From: an uncultured Spirochaetales bacterium
GTDB taxonomy: Bacteria > Myxococcota_A > UBA9160 > SMWR01
DNA: 64,000 nucleotides
NCBI GenBank assembly: GCA_964624475.1
Contig: CAZUYC010000083.1
Location: 50,368-114,367, forward strand
Reading direction: 5' to 3'
Position 1 is the first letter of the stretch. Each line of letters begins with the position of its first letter. Below are positions 49,047 to 58,044 of this stretch, in pieces. A model generated the notes under the pieces. That model ran no database searches and was not told where the DNA came from. It saw only the letters and a list, made by a program, of their open reading frames with translations. A program made the translations under genes and the position numbers.

Positions 49047-49256
49047 CTAGCGCTTGGCCTCGTCGGCCGGCTCCCAGCCGGGCGGCGGCAGGGAGACCGC
49101 CTTCTCCTCGATCACCACGGTCTCCTTGATGACGGTCTTCTCGACCACGTCCTCCTCGATCACGATGTCGTCGCTGGCGCCGATGTCGTCCGCCAGTGCC
49201 GGGAAGGGGATCAGGCTCGCGAAGGCCGCGAGCGCGAGAATTCTGCTGCGCGTCAC
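49047..49256 (-). CDS. Small secreted acidic protein (69 aa)
   Basis: GTG 49256 with SD AAAGGAG; signal peptide ending PALA-DD; Asp/Glu/Val/Ile-rich mature part. Confidence 0.65.
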   Translation of the reverse strand: MTRSRILALAAFASLIPFPALADDIGASDDIVIEEDVVEKTVIKETVVIEEKAVSLPPPGWEPADEAKR

Positions 49257-49348
49257 TCGGGTTCTCCTTTCGGGCACGGGAGCGACCGGGCTCCGCCGGC
49301 CCATGGCGGAAGAGGGTGTATCACCGCGCCTCGTGCCGCGCAACGGGC

Positions 49349-50365
49349 TCAGAGCAGGAGCTCGGCCATGGCGCGCAGGACCTTCGGATCGCGGTTCCCG
49401 ATCAGCAGGGCCGTGATCGGGGTCTCCTTCCAGGCCTCGAGCCGCTCGCGGATGCGCTCGACGGGGCCCACCAGCGAGATCTCGTCGGCGAAGGATTCCG
49501 GCACGACGGCGATCGCCTCCTCGCGCTTGCCCGCGAAGAAGAGGTCCTGGATCTCGTGCGCCTCCGCCTCGTAGCCCATGCGCGCCATCAGCTCCATGTG
49601 GAAGTTGCGGCTGCGGGCGCCCATGCCGCCGATGTAGAAACCGAGGGAGGCCTTCACCGGCGCGAGGCCCGCCTTCACGTCGTCCGTGAGGCTCACCATC
49701 ACGATCTGGGCGATCTCGAAACCGGGGCGCATTCCGCGCAGGCTCTCGGCGTAGACCTCCTGGCGGAACGGCGAGTAGTAGAGCGGGAGCCAGCCGTCGG
49801 CGATCTCGGTCGCGAGCGCCACGTTCTTCGGCCCCTCGGCGCCGAGGTAGATCGGGAGGTCGGCGCGCAGCGGATGCGTGATCGAGCGCAGCGGCTTCCC
49901 GAGCCCCCACGAGCCCGGCCCCGCGTAAGGCAGCGGATAGTGCGGCCCCGGGCTCTCGACGGGCGCCTCGCGGCGCAGGACCTGGCGGATCACGTCGACG
50001 TACTCGCGGGTGCGGGCGAGCGGCTTGCCGAAGGGCTGGCCGTACCAGCCCTCGACGACCTGCGGCCCGGAGACGCCGAGGCCCAGGATCGCGCGACCGC
50101 CCGAGAGGTGGTCGAGCGTGAGCGCCGCCATCGCCGCCGCGGTCGGCGTGCGCGCCGAGAGCTGTACCACCGACGTGCCGAGCTTGATCCGCGTCGTCTG
50201 CGCCGCCAGCCACGCGAGCGGGGTGAAGGCGTCGTTGCCCCACGACTCCGCGCTCCAGACCGAGTCGTAGCCGAGCCGCTCGGCCTCCTGCGTGGCGGAG
50301 AGGAGATCCGCGGGCGGCCGCGCGCCCCAGTATCCGATCACGAGCCCGAGCTTCAGCCTGCGCAT
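49349..50365 (-). CDS. LLM-class, probably F420-dependent oxidoreductase (Rv3520c-like)
   Basis: LKLGLVIGYWGA, AESWG.DAFTPL, GLGVSGPQVVEGWYG, GAEGPKNVALA; start ATG 50365. Confidence 0.88.
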   Translation of the reverse strand: MRRLKLGLVIGYWGARPPADLLSATQEAERLGYDSVWSAESWGNDAFTPLAWLAAQTTRIKLGTSVVQLSARTPTAAAMAALTLDHLSGGRAILGLGVSGPQVVEGWYGQPFGKPLARTREYVDVIRQVLRREAPVESPGPHYPLPYAGPGSWGLGKPLRSITHPLRADLPIYLGAEGPKNVALATEIADGWLPLYYSPFRQEVYAESLRGMRPGFEIAQIVMVSLTDDVKAGLAPVKASLGFYIGGMGARSRNFHMELMARMGYEAEAHEIQDLFFAGKREEAIAVVPESFADEISLVGPVERIRERLEAWKETPITALLIGNRDPKVLRAMAELLL

Positions 50366-50425
50366 GGGCGCGCAGTATAGCCGCCGGTACTTTCCGCCGA
50401 CGCCGTTTCGTGGCATGCTGGAGCC

Positions 50426-50761
50426 ATGGCGAAGTCGTCGTGGTTCGCGGGGCTGTGCTCGGCCCTGATCGCCGCGGCGCTCGCGGCGGGAGGGGCGCGT
50501 CCGGCCGCCGCGCAGCAGCCGACCTGCGTGACCCTCTGCCAGCAGAAGGTCGACGCCTGCGCCGGCCACTGCGAGGCTCTCGCCGGCGCGGTCTATCGCG
50601 ACCCCGCCTCGCTGCGCGAGTGTCAGCTCGCGTGCGCGCGCCAGCTCTTCGTGTCCTGCGTCGAGCACTGCACCCAGACGGGCCAGGTGGCCCTGGACGA
50701 CTTCGGGATGGTGGCCGAGGACCCGGACCGCGTCCCGACCGCGCCCAAGGGATCGAAGTAG
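50426..50761 (+). CDS. Small secreted cysteine-rich protein
   Basis: Signal peptide (AAA-QQ); mature region has 8 Cys arranged as four CX3C. Confidence 0.7.
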   Translation: MAKSSWFAGLCSALIAAALAAGGARPAAAQQPTCVTLCQQKVDACAGHCEALAGAVYRDPASLRECQLACARQLFVSCVEHCTQTGQVALDDFGMVAEDPDRVPTAPKGSK

Positions 50762-51014
50762 CCCCGGAGCGCGTCGAAAGCCGGCCGGGCCGGGAACGGG
50801 TTCCGGCTCCCCCGATCGGCAAGCCGGCGGCAAGTGGCCGAGGAACCGGGCGGCGGGTTCCGCGCGTCGCACCCCGGCAGAAGGTCCGCCCAACACCGCT
50901 CCGCGACAGCGCAACCGCCTTCGCGGCCGCGCTACCGCACCGCGCGACCGCATGGACGCCCGGCGGCTGCGGCGCATACGCTGGTGCGGCGGGAAGGGGT
51001 AGCGGGAGCCGGAG

Positions 51015-51698
51015 TTGGGCGCGCGCGAAGCGCAGCGGCGGAGGGTTCGCGTCCAGAGCTATCCCCGTCGGCTCTGGGCGCTCGTTTTCGGCATCCCCGC
51101 GGCCGCCGTGGGGGGGCTCTTCCTCGTCGGGATGCTCGTCGCTCACGACGAGCTGGAGGGGCTCCCCACCGCGCGGGTCAGGCGCGGCGACGTCGCGATC
51201 GCGGTCGACGAACCGGGCCGGATCGCCGCCTCGGGCCGGCGGATCGAGACGCAGATCGGCGCGGCGGACCTCGCCAGGGTCCGGCCCGAGAGCCGCGCCC
51301 AGATCCGCCTCGACGCGCTTCCGGGCGTCGTCTTCGAGGGCCGCGTGGCGAGCGTCGCCGCGGTCGCGCGCGAGAAGGTGAGCCGCGCGACAGGGCTCGC
51401 GACGGGCATCGAAGTCTTCGACGTGATCGTCGAGCCGCTCGCGAAAGACCCCCGCCTCGGCTCCGGCCTCGCGGCCGCCGTGCACTTCCTCGTGAGCGAG
51501 CACCGCGCCGCCCTGTACGTGCCCATCGCGGGGGTCTTCCTGGACGACCTCGACCGCCCGACCGTCTACGTGCGGACGGGCCGCTGGGCCGAGGCGCGAC
51601 CCGTCGATCTCGTGGCGAGCGACGACCGGGTCGCCGTGCTGGGCTCCGGGGTCGAGGAGGGCGACGAGATCCTGATCGCCCTGCCGCCGGCCGAGTGA
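51015..51698 (+). CDS. Internally deleted MacA-like adaptor protein
   Basis: N-terminal TM plus PTARVRRGD joined directly to the beta-barrel/membrane-proximal part; colinear with 1601..2827. Start uncertain. Confidence 0.75.
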   Translation: MGAREAQRRRVRVQSYPRRLWALVFGIPAAAVGGLFLVGMLVAHDELEGLPTARVRRGDVAIAVDEPGRIAASGRRIETQIGAADLARVRPESRAQIRLDALPGVVFEGRVASVAAVAREKVSRATGLATGIEVFDVIVEPLAKDPRLGSGLAAAVHFLVSEHRAALYVPIAGVFLDDLDRPTVYVRTGRWAEARPVDLVASDDRVAVLGSGVEEGDEILIALPPAE

Positions 51699-51702
51699 AG
51701 CG

Positions 51703-52443
51703 ATGTGGATCGAGCTCGACGGCGTGCGCGCCGGCCGGCGGCTCGGAGCGGCGCGGGCCGGCGTGGGCGAGGGCATCTCGCTCCAGGTGGCGCGCGGCGA
51801 GTACGTCGGAATCCTCGGCCCGTCAGGCGCCGGGAAGTCGACGCTGCTGCAGGTGCTGGGCCTGCTCACGCGCCCGGACGCGGGGAGCTACTGGCTCGAC
51901 GGTGCAAGGGTCGACGCCCTCTCCGACGCGCAGCTCGCGCGCTTGCGCGGCCGACGCATCGGTTTCGTCTTCGAGGCCTCCCTGCTCGTGCCGGAGCTCT
52001 CGGTGCTGGACAACGTGGAGCTGCCGCTCGTGTACCAGCGGCTCGGCAGGTCCGAGCGGCGCGCGCGCGCCGCGGGGATGCTGGGCGAGATCGGCCTGGG
52101 CCTGCGCCTGCGCCGCCGGCCGGACGAGCTCGCTCCCGGCGAGCGGCGGCGGGTGGCTCTCGCGCGCGCCTGCGCGAGCAACCCGGATCTGCTCCTCGTC
52201 GACGAGCCGACGCACGGGCTCGACGGCCGGGAAGGCGACGAGATCATGGATTGGCTCGACTCGCGTAGCGCCCTCGGCACGACCGTCGTGATCGCGACCC
52301 GGGATCTCGCGCGCGGCTGCCGCGCGCGCCGGCTCGTGCACCTTCGCAACGGGCACCTGCTGCGCGAGATCGCTCCGGAGCTCCGCCCCGGTTCGCGCGG
52401 AGTGGTGGTGCGCACGCCTCGCGGCCGGGCGAGGCGGCGATGA
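51703..52443 (+). CDS. ABC ATP-binding protein with degenerate motifs
   Basis: Walker A GPSGAGKST and Walker B LVDEP intact; Q-loop FE, signature LAPGE, D-loop THGLD, H-loop ATRD. Confidence 0.8.
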   Translation: MWIELDGVRAGRRLGAARAGVGEGISLQVARGEYVGILGPSGAGKSTLLQVLGLLTRPDAGSYWLDGARVDALSDAQLARLRGRRIGFVFEASLLVPELSVLDNVELPLVYQRLGRSERRARAAGMLGEIGLGLRLRRRPDELAPGERRRVALARACASNPDLLLVDEPTHGLDGREGDEIMDWLDSRSALGTTVVIATRDLARGCRARRLVHLRNGHLLREIAPELRPGSRGVVVRTPRGRARRR

Positions 52444-53399
52444 CGCGCTTGCGCGATGCCCTCGCGCGCGGCCTGCGCAGCATCCTCGCTCGGCCCGGGC
52501 GCACCGCGCTCACGGCCTTCGGGATCGGCGTCGGCACGGCCGCCGCGCTCCAGCTCCTCGACTCGACGGGCTCCGGGGCGCCCGGGCGCCGTCACTCCCC
52601 GGCCGCGAAGATCCCGCGCCTCATGGTCTCGAACGGGGAGCGCGGGAGCCTGGCCGCGGTCTTTGCGACGACCCCCGAGCGCGCACGGCGCGCCGGGCTC
52701 GTGGCCGTCGAGGGGCGCTCGCTCGCCGCTCTCGATCTACGCGACGCGCGCCGGGTGGCGGTGATCGGAGCCGGCCTGCGCGCCGATCTCTTCGGCTTCC
52801 GGAGCGCGCTCCTGCAGCCGATCGAGATCGGCGACGCGCGCTTCACGGTCGTGGGCGTCCTGGAGGCGCGGGCGCCGGGCGCCGGCGGGGCGGGCGTCGA
52901 CGCGGACCGTGCCGTCGTGCTGCCCGAGACCAGCGCAGCGGCGCATCTCGCGCCGCTTCCATCGCAGCCGGACGGCCCGACGAAGGAGCGCCGCGCCGCC
53001 GGGTCGGGCGCCCGCCGAAGCGGCGCGGCCGTGGTGCTCGCGCCGCTGGCCGCGATCTCGCTCCTGCTCGGCGGCGCCGCCCTCGCGAGCGCGATGCTCG
53101 CGACCATGGTCGAGCGGACGCGCGAGATCGCGCTGCGCCGGGTCGTCGGCGCGACGCGCCGCGAGGTCTTCGCCGAGTGCCTGCTCGAGTCGGTCCTCGT
53201 GAGCGGCGGGGGAGGCCTCGCGGGGATCGTCGCATCGCTCGCGCTCGCGACCGGATCCGCGGCAGCGCCCGCCGGAGCTTCCGCCTGGGGAGTTCCCGCC
53301 GTGCTCGCCCTAGCGGCGCTCGTGGGCGCGGCCGCGGGCCTCGTGCCGGCCCTCCGCGCCGCCCGGCTCGACCCGGTCGAGGCCCTGCGCGTGGAGTAG
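52440..53399 (+). CDS. Shortened MacB/FtsX-like permease
   Basis: LRSILARPGRTALT, RRVAVIG, FTVVGVL, ERTREIALRRVVGA, AARLDPVEALR; ATGA overlap with the ATPase. Confidence 0.8.
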   Translation: MTRLRDALARGLRSILARPGRTALTAFGIGVGTAAALQLLDSTGSGAPGRRHSPAAKIPRLMVSNGERGSLAAVFATTPERARRAGLVAVEGRSLAALDLRDARRVAVIGAGLRADLFGFRSALLQPIEIGDARFTVVGVLEARAPGAGGAGVDADRAVVLPETSAAAHLAPLPSQPDGPTKERRAAGSGARRSGAAVVLAPLAAISLLLGGAALASAMLATMVERTREIALRRVVGATRREVFAECLLESVLVSGGGGLAGIVASLALATGSAAAPAGASAWGVPAVLALAALVGAAAGLVPALRAARLDPVEALRVE

Positions 53400-55010
53400 C
53401 CGCTCGCGGATGCGCTCCGCATCCGGGAGCCTCGGGTTCCGCTCCAGGGCGCGCTCGAAGTCCGCGAGCGCCTCGCGCGCCCGCCCGAGCTTCGCGAGCA
53501 GCAGCGCGCGGTTCAAGAGCGGCTCGAAGCGTCCGGGCGCGGCGGCGATCGCGTCGGCGTAGGTCGCGAGCGCGTCCTCCCACTCTCCCGCGCTGGCGTA
53601 GGAGTTCGCGAGGTTGACGCGCGCCTCCAGGCCGGCGGTGCGCCCGGGCGCGATCGCGATCGCCCTGCGGTAGAGCGAGCGCGCGCCGGGGCGGTCCGGC
53701 TCGGGGACGCTCTCGAGGTGGTTCCCGAGCCCGTAGAGCGCCGTGTAGCAGTCGGGAGCTTCGGCGAGGATCGCGGCGAGGAGCGTGCCGTCGTCGCGCC
53801 AGGCCGGGATGCGCCGGAGCGTCGTGGCGACGCCCGCGGCGACGGCGAGGCAGAGCGCCGCCGCGGCGAGCCTGGCCTGGCCCGGGCGCGCGCGCGCCGC
53901 GGCCGCGAGTGCGCGGGCCACTCCGCAGGCGGCGAAGGCGCTCGGGAGCAGCAGGAATCGGAGCGCGACGCCGGAGCCCGTCGGCGCGAGCCCCGACGTC
54001 GGGAGCCAGGTCGCCACCGCGGCGAGCCAGGCGAAGGCGCCGCGCGGCGAGGCGCGCAGGCAGAGGGCCCAGCCGGCGAGGATCGCGAGCGCGAACGCCG
54101 CGAAGCCCACGGCGGCGAGGCCCTGCGGCAGCGGGTAGGTGACGGGCGCGTCGGCGGGGAGCGTCGTCAGCACGTGATGGATCCGGTTCGGGAAGACGAG
54201 CAGGCCGAGCGACACCGCGGCGTTGTGGGCGGCGAAGACGAGCCGCCCGAGCGGCCCGTAGCCCCCGGCCTGGCCGTGGACGAAGGCGGCCCGGCCGAGC
54301 ACGGCGACGCGCGCGGCGGCGTAGACGACGGCGACCGCGGCGAAGGGGAGGTAGGCGGCGAGCGTGCGCCGCGCGAAGAGCTCGCGCACCCGCAGGCCGC
54401 GGACCAGGAGGTCGGCGCAGGGCAGCAGCAGGAGGACCGGCGCCGCGCTCTCCTTGCCGGCGAGCCCCACGCCGAAGGCCGTGGCCGCGGCGACGAGCCA
54501 GCTCGAGCGACCGGTCTCCCGGTAGCGCAGGAAGGCTGCGAGGGCGCCGAGCGCGCCGAGCGCGCCGAGGAGGTCGCTCCGCCCGACGACGGGCGCCACG
54601 GCCTCCACGTGCGCGGGATGCGCCGCGAAGAGCGCGCAGGCCGCGAGGGCCGGCCCGCCGGAGCCGGCGAGCCGGCGCGCGAGCGGGAAGAGCGCGAGCA
54701 CGAGCGCACCGTGGAGGAGCGCGTTCGTCGCGTGATGCAGGCGTAGCGCGGCCTGACCCGCCGCGGCCCGCTCGGCGACGAGCGAGAGGGTCGCGAGCGG
54801 GCGCCAGTTCGATGCGCGCCAGTCGACGCCGTGCTGAGGAGGCCACCACGGAGCGAGAAGTGCCTCGCGCCAGCGCAGCTCCGCGACCACCGGATTCTCG
54901 GCGACGACGAAGAGGTCGTCGAGCGCGTAGCCGTGGCGCAGCGCCGGGAGATGGAGGAGGACCGCTCCGGCCGCGATCGCGAGCGCCCCTGCGAGCTCGC
55001 GCCGGCCCAC
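53310..55010 (-). CDS. TMTC-like GT-C membrane glycosyltransferase with C-terminal TPRs
   Basis: YALDDLFVV, WRPLATLS, FAAHPAHVEAV...GRSDLL, GKESA, LRFLLLPS, AWRDD..L, TPR tail; GTG overlaps the ipdF stop. Confidence 0.8.
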   Translation of the reverse strand: MGRRELAGALAIAAGAVLLHLPALRHGYALDDLFVVAENPVVAELRWREALLAPWWPPQHGVDWRASNWRPLATLSLVAERAAAGQAALRLHHATNALLHGALVLALFPLARRLAGSGGPALAACALFAAHPAHVEAVAPVVGRSDLLGALGALGALAAFLRYRETGRSSWLVAAATAFGVGLAGKESAAPVLLLLPCADLLVRGLRVRELFARRTLAAYLPFAAVAVVYAAARVAVLGRAAFVHGQAGGYGPLGRLVFAAHNAAVSLGLLVFPNRIHHVLTTLPADAPVTYPLPQGLAAVGFAAFALAILAGWALCLRASPRGAFAWLAAVATWLPTSGLAPTGSGVALRFLLLPSAFAACGVARALAAAARARPGQARLAAAALCLAVAAGVATTLRRIPAWRDDGTLLAAILAEAPDCYTALYGLGNHLESVPEPDRPGARSLYRRAIAIAPGRTAGLEARVNLANSYASAGEWEDALATYADAIAAAPGRFEPLLNRALLLAKLGRAREALADFERALERNPRLPDAERIRERLLHAQGLDRVEPGGAEGRHEARGRAHERR

Positions 55011-55792
55011 TACGGGTGCTGCGCGCTCACCGAGACGACCTCGCCGGTCAGGTACGAGGCGTAGTCGCTGGCGAGGAAGACGATCACGTTGGCGACCTCG
55101 AAGGGTTCCGCGGCGCGGCCGAAGGCCTCGCGCGCCACGAGCTCCTCGAGCAGGCCCGCTGGCGTCACCTTCGCGAGGAAGGGGTGCATCGCGAGGCTCG
55201 GGGCGACGGCGTTCACGCGCACGCCGGCCTCCGCCGCCTCGAGCGCGACGCAGCGCGTGAAGGCCATCACCCCGGCCTTGGCCGCCGCGTAGTGCGACTG
55301 GCCCGCCTGTGCGCGCCAGCCGAGCACCGAGGCGTTGTTCACGATCGCGCCGGAGCGGCGCTCCAGCATGTGCGGCAGGATCGCGCGGGTCATGCGGAAG
55401 GTCCCCGTGAGCGTCACGTCGAGGACCTCGTGCCACTGCTCGTCGGTCATCTCGACGAGCGGCGCGTAGCCGCCGAGGCCCGCGTTGTTCACGAGCACGT
55501 CGACGTGGCCGAGCTCGCGGACGGCGGCCTCCGCGAGGGCGCGCACCTCGGCCTCGCGCGTCACGTCGCAGGCCTGGAACGAGGTCCGCACCCCGGTCCG
55601 CTTCTCGAGCTCGGCGGCCGCCTCCGCGAGCCTGCGCTCGTGCGCGTCGCTCAGCATGACGCGCGCGCCCTCCTCGGCGCAGCGGCGCGCCGCGGCGAAG
55701 CCGATCCCGGTGCCTGCGGCGGCCGTCAGGAGCACCGTCTTGCCGTCGAGCAGGCCGTGGCCGCGCTCGGGGTAGGGCGGGGGTGCGCTCAC
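55010..55792 (-). CDS. ipdF: IpdF-like SDR (steroid C/D-ring pathway)
   Basis: GHGLLDGK..LTAAAGTGIG, NNASVLGWRAQ..QSHYAAAK, GEVVSVSAQHP, all closely resembling Rv3559c. Confidence 0.88.
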   Translation of the reverse strand: MSAPPPYPERGHGLLDGKTVLLTAAAGTGIGFAAARRCAEEGARVMLSDAHERRLAEAAAELEKRTGVRTSFQACDVTREAEVRALAEAAVRELGHVDVLVNNAGLGGYAPLVEMTDEQWHEVLDVTLTGTFRMTRAILPHMLERRSGAIVNNASVLGWRAQAGQSHYAAAKAGVMAFTRCVALEAAEAGVRVNAVAPSLAMHPFLAKVTPAGLLEELVAREAFGRAAEPFEVANVIVFLASDYASYLTGEVVSVSAQHP

Positions 55793-56964
55793 CGCGGCTC
55801 CCGCGGGAGCAAGAGCGCGCGCTCTGCGATCAGGTTGCGCTGGATCTCGTTCGAGCCGGCGTAGATCGTGTCCGAGCGCGAGAAGAGGAAGAGGCGCTGG
55901 AGCGGGGTCAGCTCGTAGGGCGCCGCGGCGGCGATCTCGGCCTCGGGGCCGAGCACGTCCATCGCGAGCTTGCCGAGGCTCCGGTGCCAGGTCGCCCAGA
56001 AGATCTTGGTGATCATGGCCTCGCGCGAGAGCTGGCTCCCGTCCCCGGAGAGCGTGCGCAGCGCGTTCGCGCGCTGGAGCTGGAGCCCGATCCAGGCGTC
56101 CGCGATCCGCTGGCGGATCAGGGGATCGCGCGCGCTCCCGTTGCGCTTCGCCGCCTCGACGATCTCGCGCACCTCGTTCGCGAAGGCGAGCTGCTGGCCG
56201 AGCGTCGAGGCGCCGCGCTCGAAGGCGAGCGTGCCCATCGCCACCTTCCAGCCCTCGCCGGGCGCCCCCACCACGTTCTCGGCCGCCGTGCGCGCCCCGT
56301 CGTAGAAGACCTCGCTGAACTCGCTCGTGCCGGTGATCTGCACGATCGGGCGGATCTCGATCCCGGGCTGGCGCATCGGCACGAGCAGGTAGGAGAGCCC
56401 CACGTGCCGCGAGGACGCGGGATCGGTGCGGCAGACGACGAAGCACCAGTCCGCCCACTGCGCCCACGAGGTCCAGACCTTCTGCCCGTCGAGCACCCAC
56501 TCGCCGCCCTCGAGGCGGGCGCGGGTCTGGACGTTCGCGAGGTCGGAGCCCGCGTTCGGCTCCGAGTAGCCCTGGCACCAGATCTGCTCGCCGCGCACGA
56601 TGGCGGGCAGGAAGCGCTGCTTCTGGGCCTCGCTGCCGAAGTGGACGAGGGTCGGGCCGAGCAGGCCCTCGCCGATGTGGCCGAGGCGGCCGGGGCCGCC
56701 GGCGCGCGCGTACTCCTCGTAGAAGATCACCTGCTGGGGGAGCGTCGCGGCACGCCCGCGGTACTCGCGCGGGAAGCCAATGCACGACCAGCCGGCCTCG
56801 CCGAGGCGGCGCTCCCAGGCGCGGCGTTCGCCCACGAGCGCGTGCTCGTCGCCGGGCCCGCCGCGGCCGCGGACCATGGCGAACGCGCCCGAGAGCTCCG
56901 CGTCGAGCCACTCCGCGACCTCGCGGCGGAAGGCCTCGTCCTCGCGGCTGAAGCGGAGGTCCAT
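55789..56964 (-). CDS. fadE30: Acyl-CoA dehydrogenase FadE30-like
   Basis: GRGGPGDEH, FYEEYARA, WCQGYSEP, DTIYAGSNEIQRN; GTGA overlap with ipdF. Confidence 0.85.
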   Translation of the reverse strand: MDLRFSREDEAFRREVAEWLDAELSGAFAMVRGRGGPGDEHALVGERRAWERRLGEAGWSCIGFPREYRGRAATLPQQVIFYEEYARAGGPGRLGHIGEGLLGPTLVHFGSEAQKQRFLPAIVRGEQIWCQGYSEPNAGSDLANVQTRARLEGGEWVLDGQKVWTSWAQWADWCFVVCRTDPASSRHVGLSYLLVPMRQPGIEIRPIVQITGTSEFSEVFYDGARTAAENVVGAPGEGWKVAMGTLAFERGASTLGQQLAFANEVREIVEAAKRNGSARDPLIRQRIADAWIGLQLQRANALRTLSGDGSQLSREAMITKIFWATWHRSLGKLAMDVLGPEAEIAAAAPYELTPLQRLFLFSRSDTIYAGSNEIQRNLIAERALLLPREPR

Positions 56965-57062
56965 GGCGACGCGGCGCAGCTTAAGATAGGGAGCGACTCG
57001 TCTGCAAGCGAAGCATGGTGCCGCGCCGTGAGCGCGCCGCGCCGGCGGCGCCCGCGCGAGGG

Positions 57063-57932
57063 TCAGAGCTGGAACGGCCCCTTGCCCATCTGCTCGCGGA
57101 TCGGAACGAACTCGGGCTGGAGCATCGCGCGGCGCTGCCAGTTGGCGCCGTCCACGACCATCGTGTGGCCGGTCACGTAGGCGGCGAAGGGCGAGGCGAG
57201 GAAGGTCGCGGCCCAGCCGAGCTCGCGCGGGCGCCCGACGCGGCCGGCGGGCGAGCGGGCGTCCTCCTGCTTCCCGCGCTCCGGCACCGCGCGGATCGCG
57301 GCGACCTCGTCCTCGTGCGGGAAGAGGCCGGGCACGAGGCCGTTCACGCGGATTCCGTAGGGTGCCCACTCGACGGCGAGCGTCTCCGTCATGTTCTTGA
57401 CGCCGGCCTTGGCGGCGGAGCTGTGCGCGAATCCCGGTCCGCCCGTCCAGGCGTACGAGGCTCCGATGTTCAGGATCGAGCCGGGCGTGCCCGCCGCGAT
57501 GTGGCGGCGCGCGAACTCGCGAGAGCAGAGGAAGGTGCCGTTCAGCACGATGTCGACGACGCTGCGCCAGCCGTTGGGACTCAGGTCCTCGGCCGGCACC
57601 GGGAAGTTCCCGGCCGCGTTGTTCACGAGCACGTCCGGCAGCGCGAGCTCGGACTCGATCCGGTCGAAGGCCGCAGCGACGGCCACCGGCTCCCGGACGT
57701 CGGCCTGCACCGCGAGACCGCGAGCCCCCACGGCGCGGACGGCGGCGACTCCCGCCGCGAGGTGCTCGGGCTTGCGGGAGAGGATCGCGAGCGACGCCCC
57801 GAGGCGCGCGAACTCGACGGCGATGGCCTTGCCGAGCCCCGTCCCGCCTCCGGTCACGAGGACGGTGCGTCCGTCGTAGCTCCCCTTCGGGAGCGCGCAG
57901 GCTCCCAGCTCCGGCGGCTCGGGCAAGCCCAT
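57063..57932 (-). CDS. SDR, 2,4-dienoyl-CoA reductase-like
   Basis: TGGGTGLG, NNAAGNF, HSSAAKAG, VDGANW. Confidence 0.85.
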   Translation of the reverse strand: MGLPEPPELGACALPKGSYDGRTVLVTGGGTGLGKAIAVEFARLGASLAILSRKPEHLAAGVAAVRAVGARGLAVQADVREPVAVAAAFDRIESELALPDVLVNNAAGNFPVPAEDLSPNGWRSVVDIVLNGTFLCSREFARRHIAAGTPGSILNIGASYAWTGGPGFAHSSAAKAGVKNMTETLAVEWAPYGIRVNGLVPGLFPHEDEVAAIRAVPERGKQEDARSPAGRVGRPRELGWAATFLASPFAAYVTGHTMVVDGANWQRRAMLQPEFVPIREQMGKGPFQL

Positions 57933-58044
57933 GGGTGCTCCTCTCGCGCGCCTTGCCGAGTGTCACCGAGGCGGGGACCCGGCGTCAAATCGGTCCGGCG
58001 GGGCCGCGCCGTCGCGTGATAAGCTCCGCTGCCGGAGGGCGCGC

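Noticed and set aside
50405-50425. Sigma-54 promoter (TGGCATG...)
   Set aside because: No -12 TTGC element at the required spacing.
50762-51014. Structured 250-bp leader before the minimised ABC module
   Set aside because: Short GC stems (GGAACC/GGTTCC) are expected by chance; no recognisable ncRNA motif.
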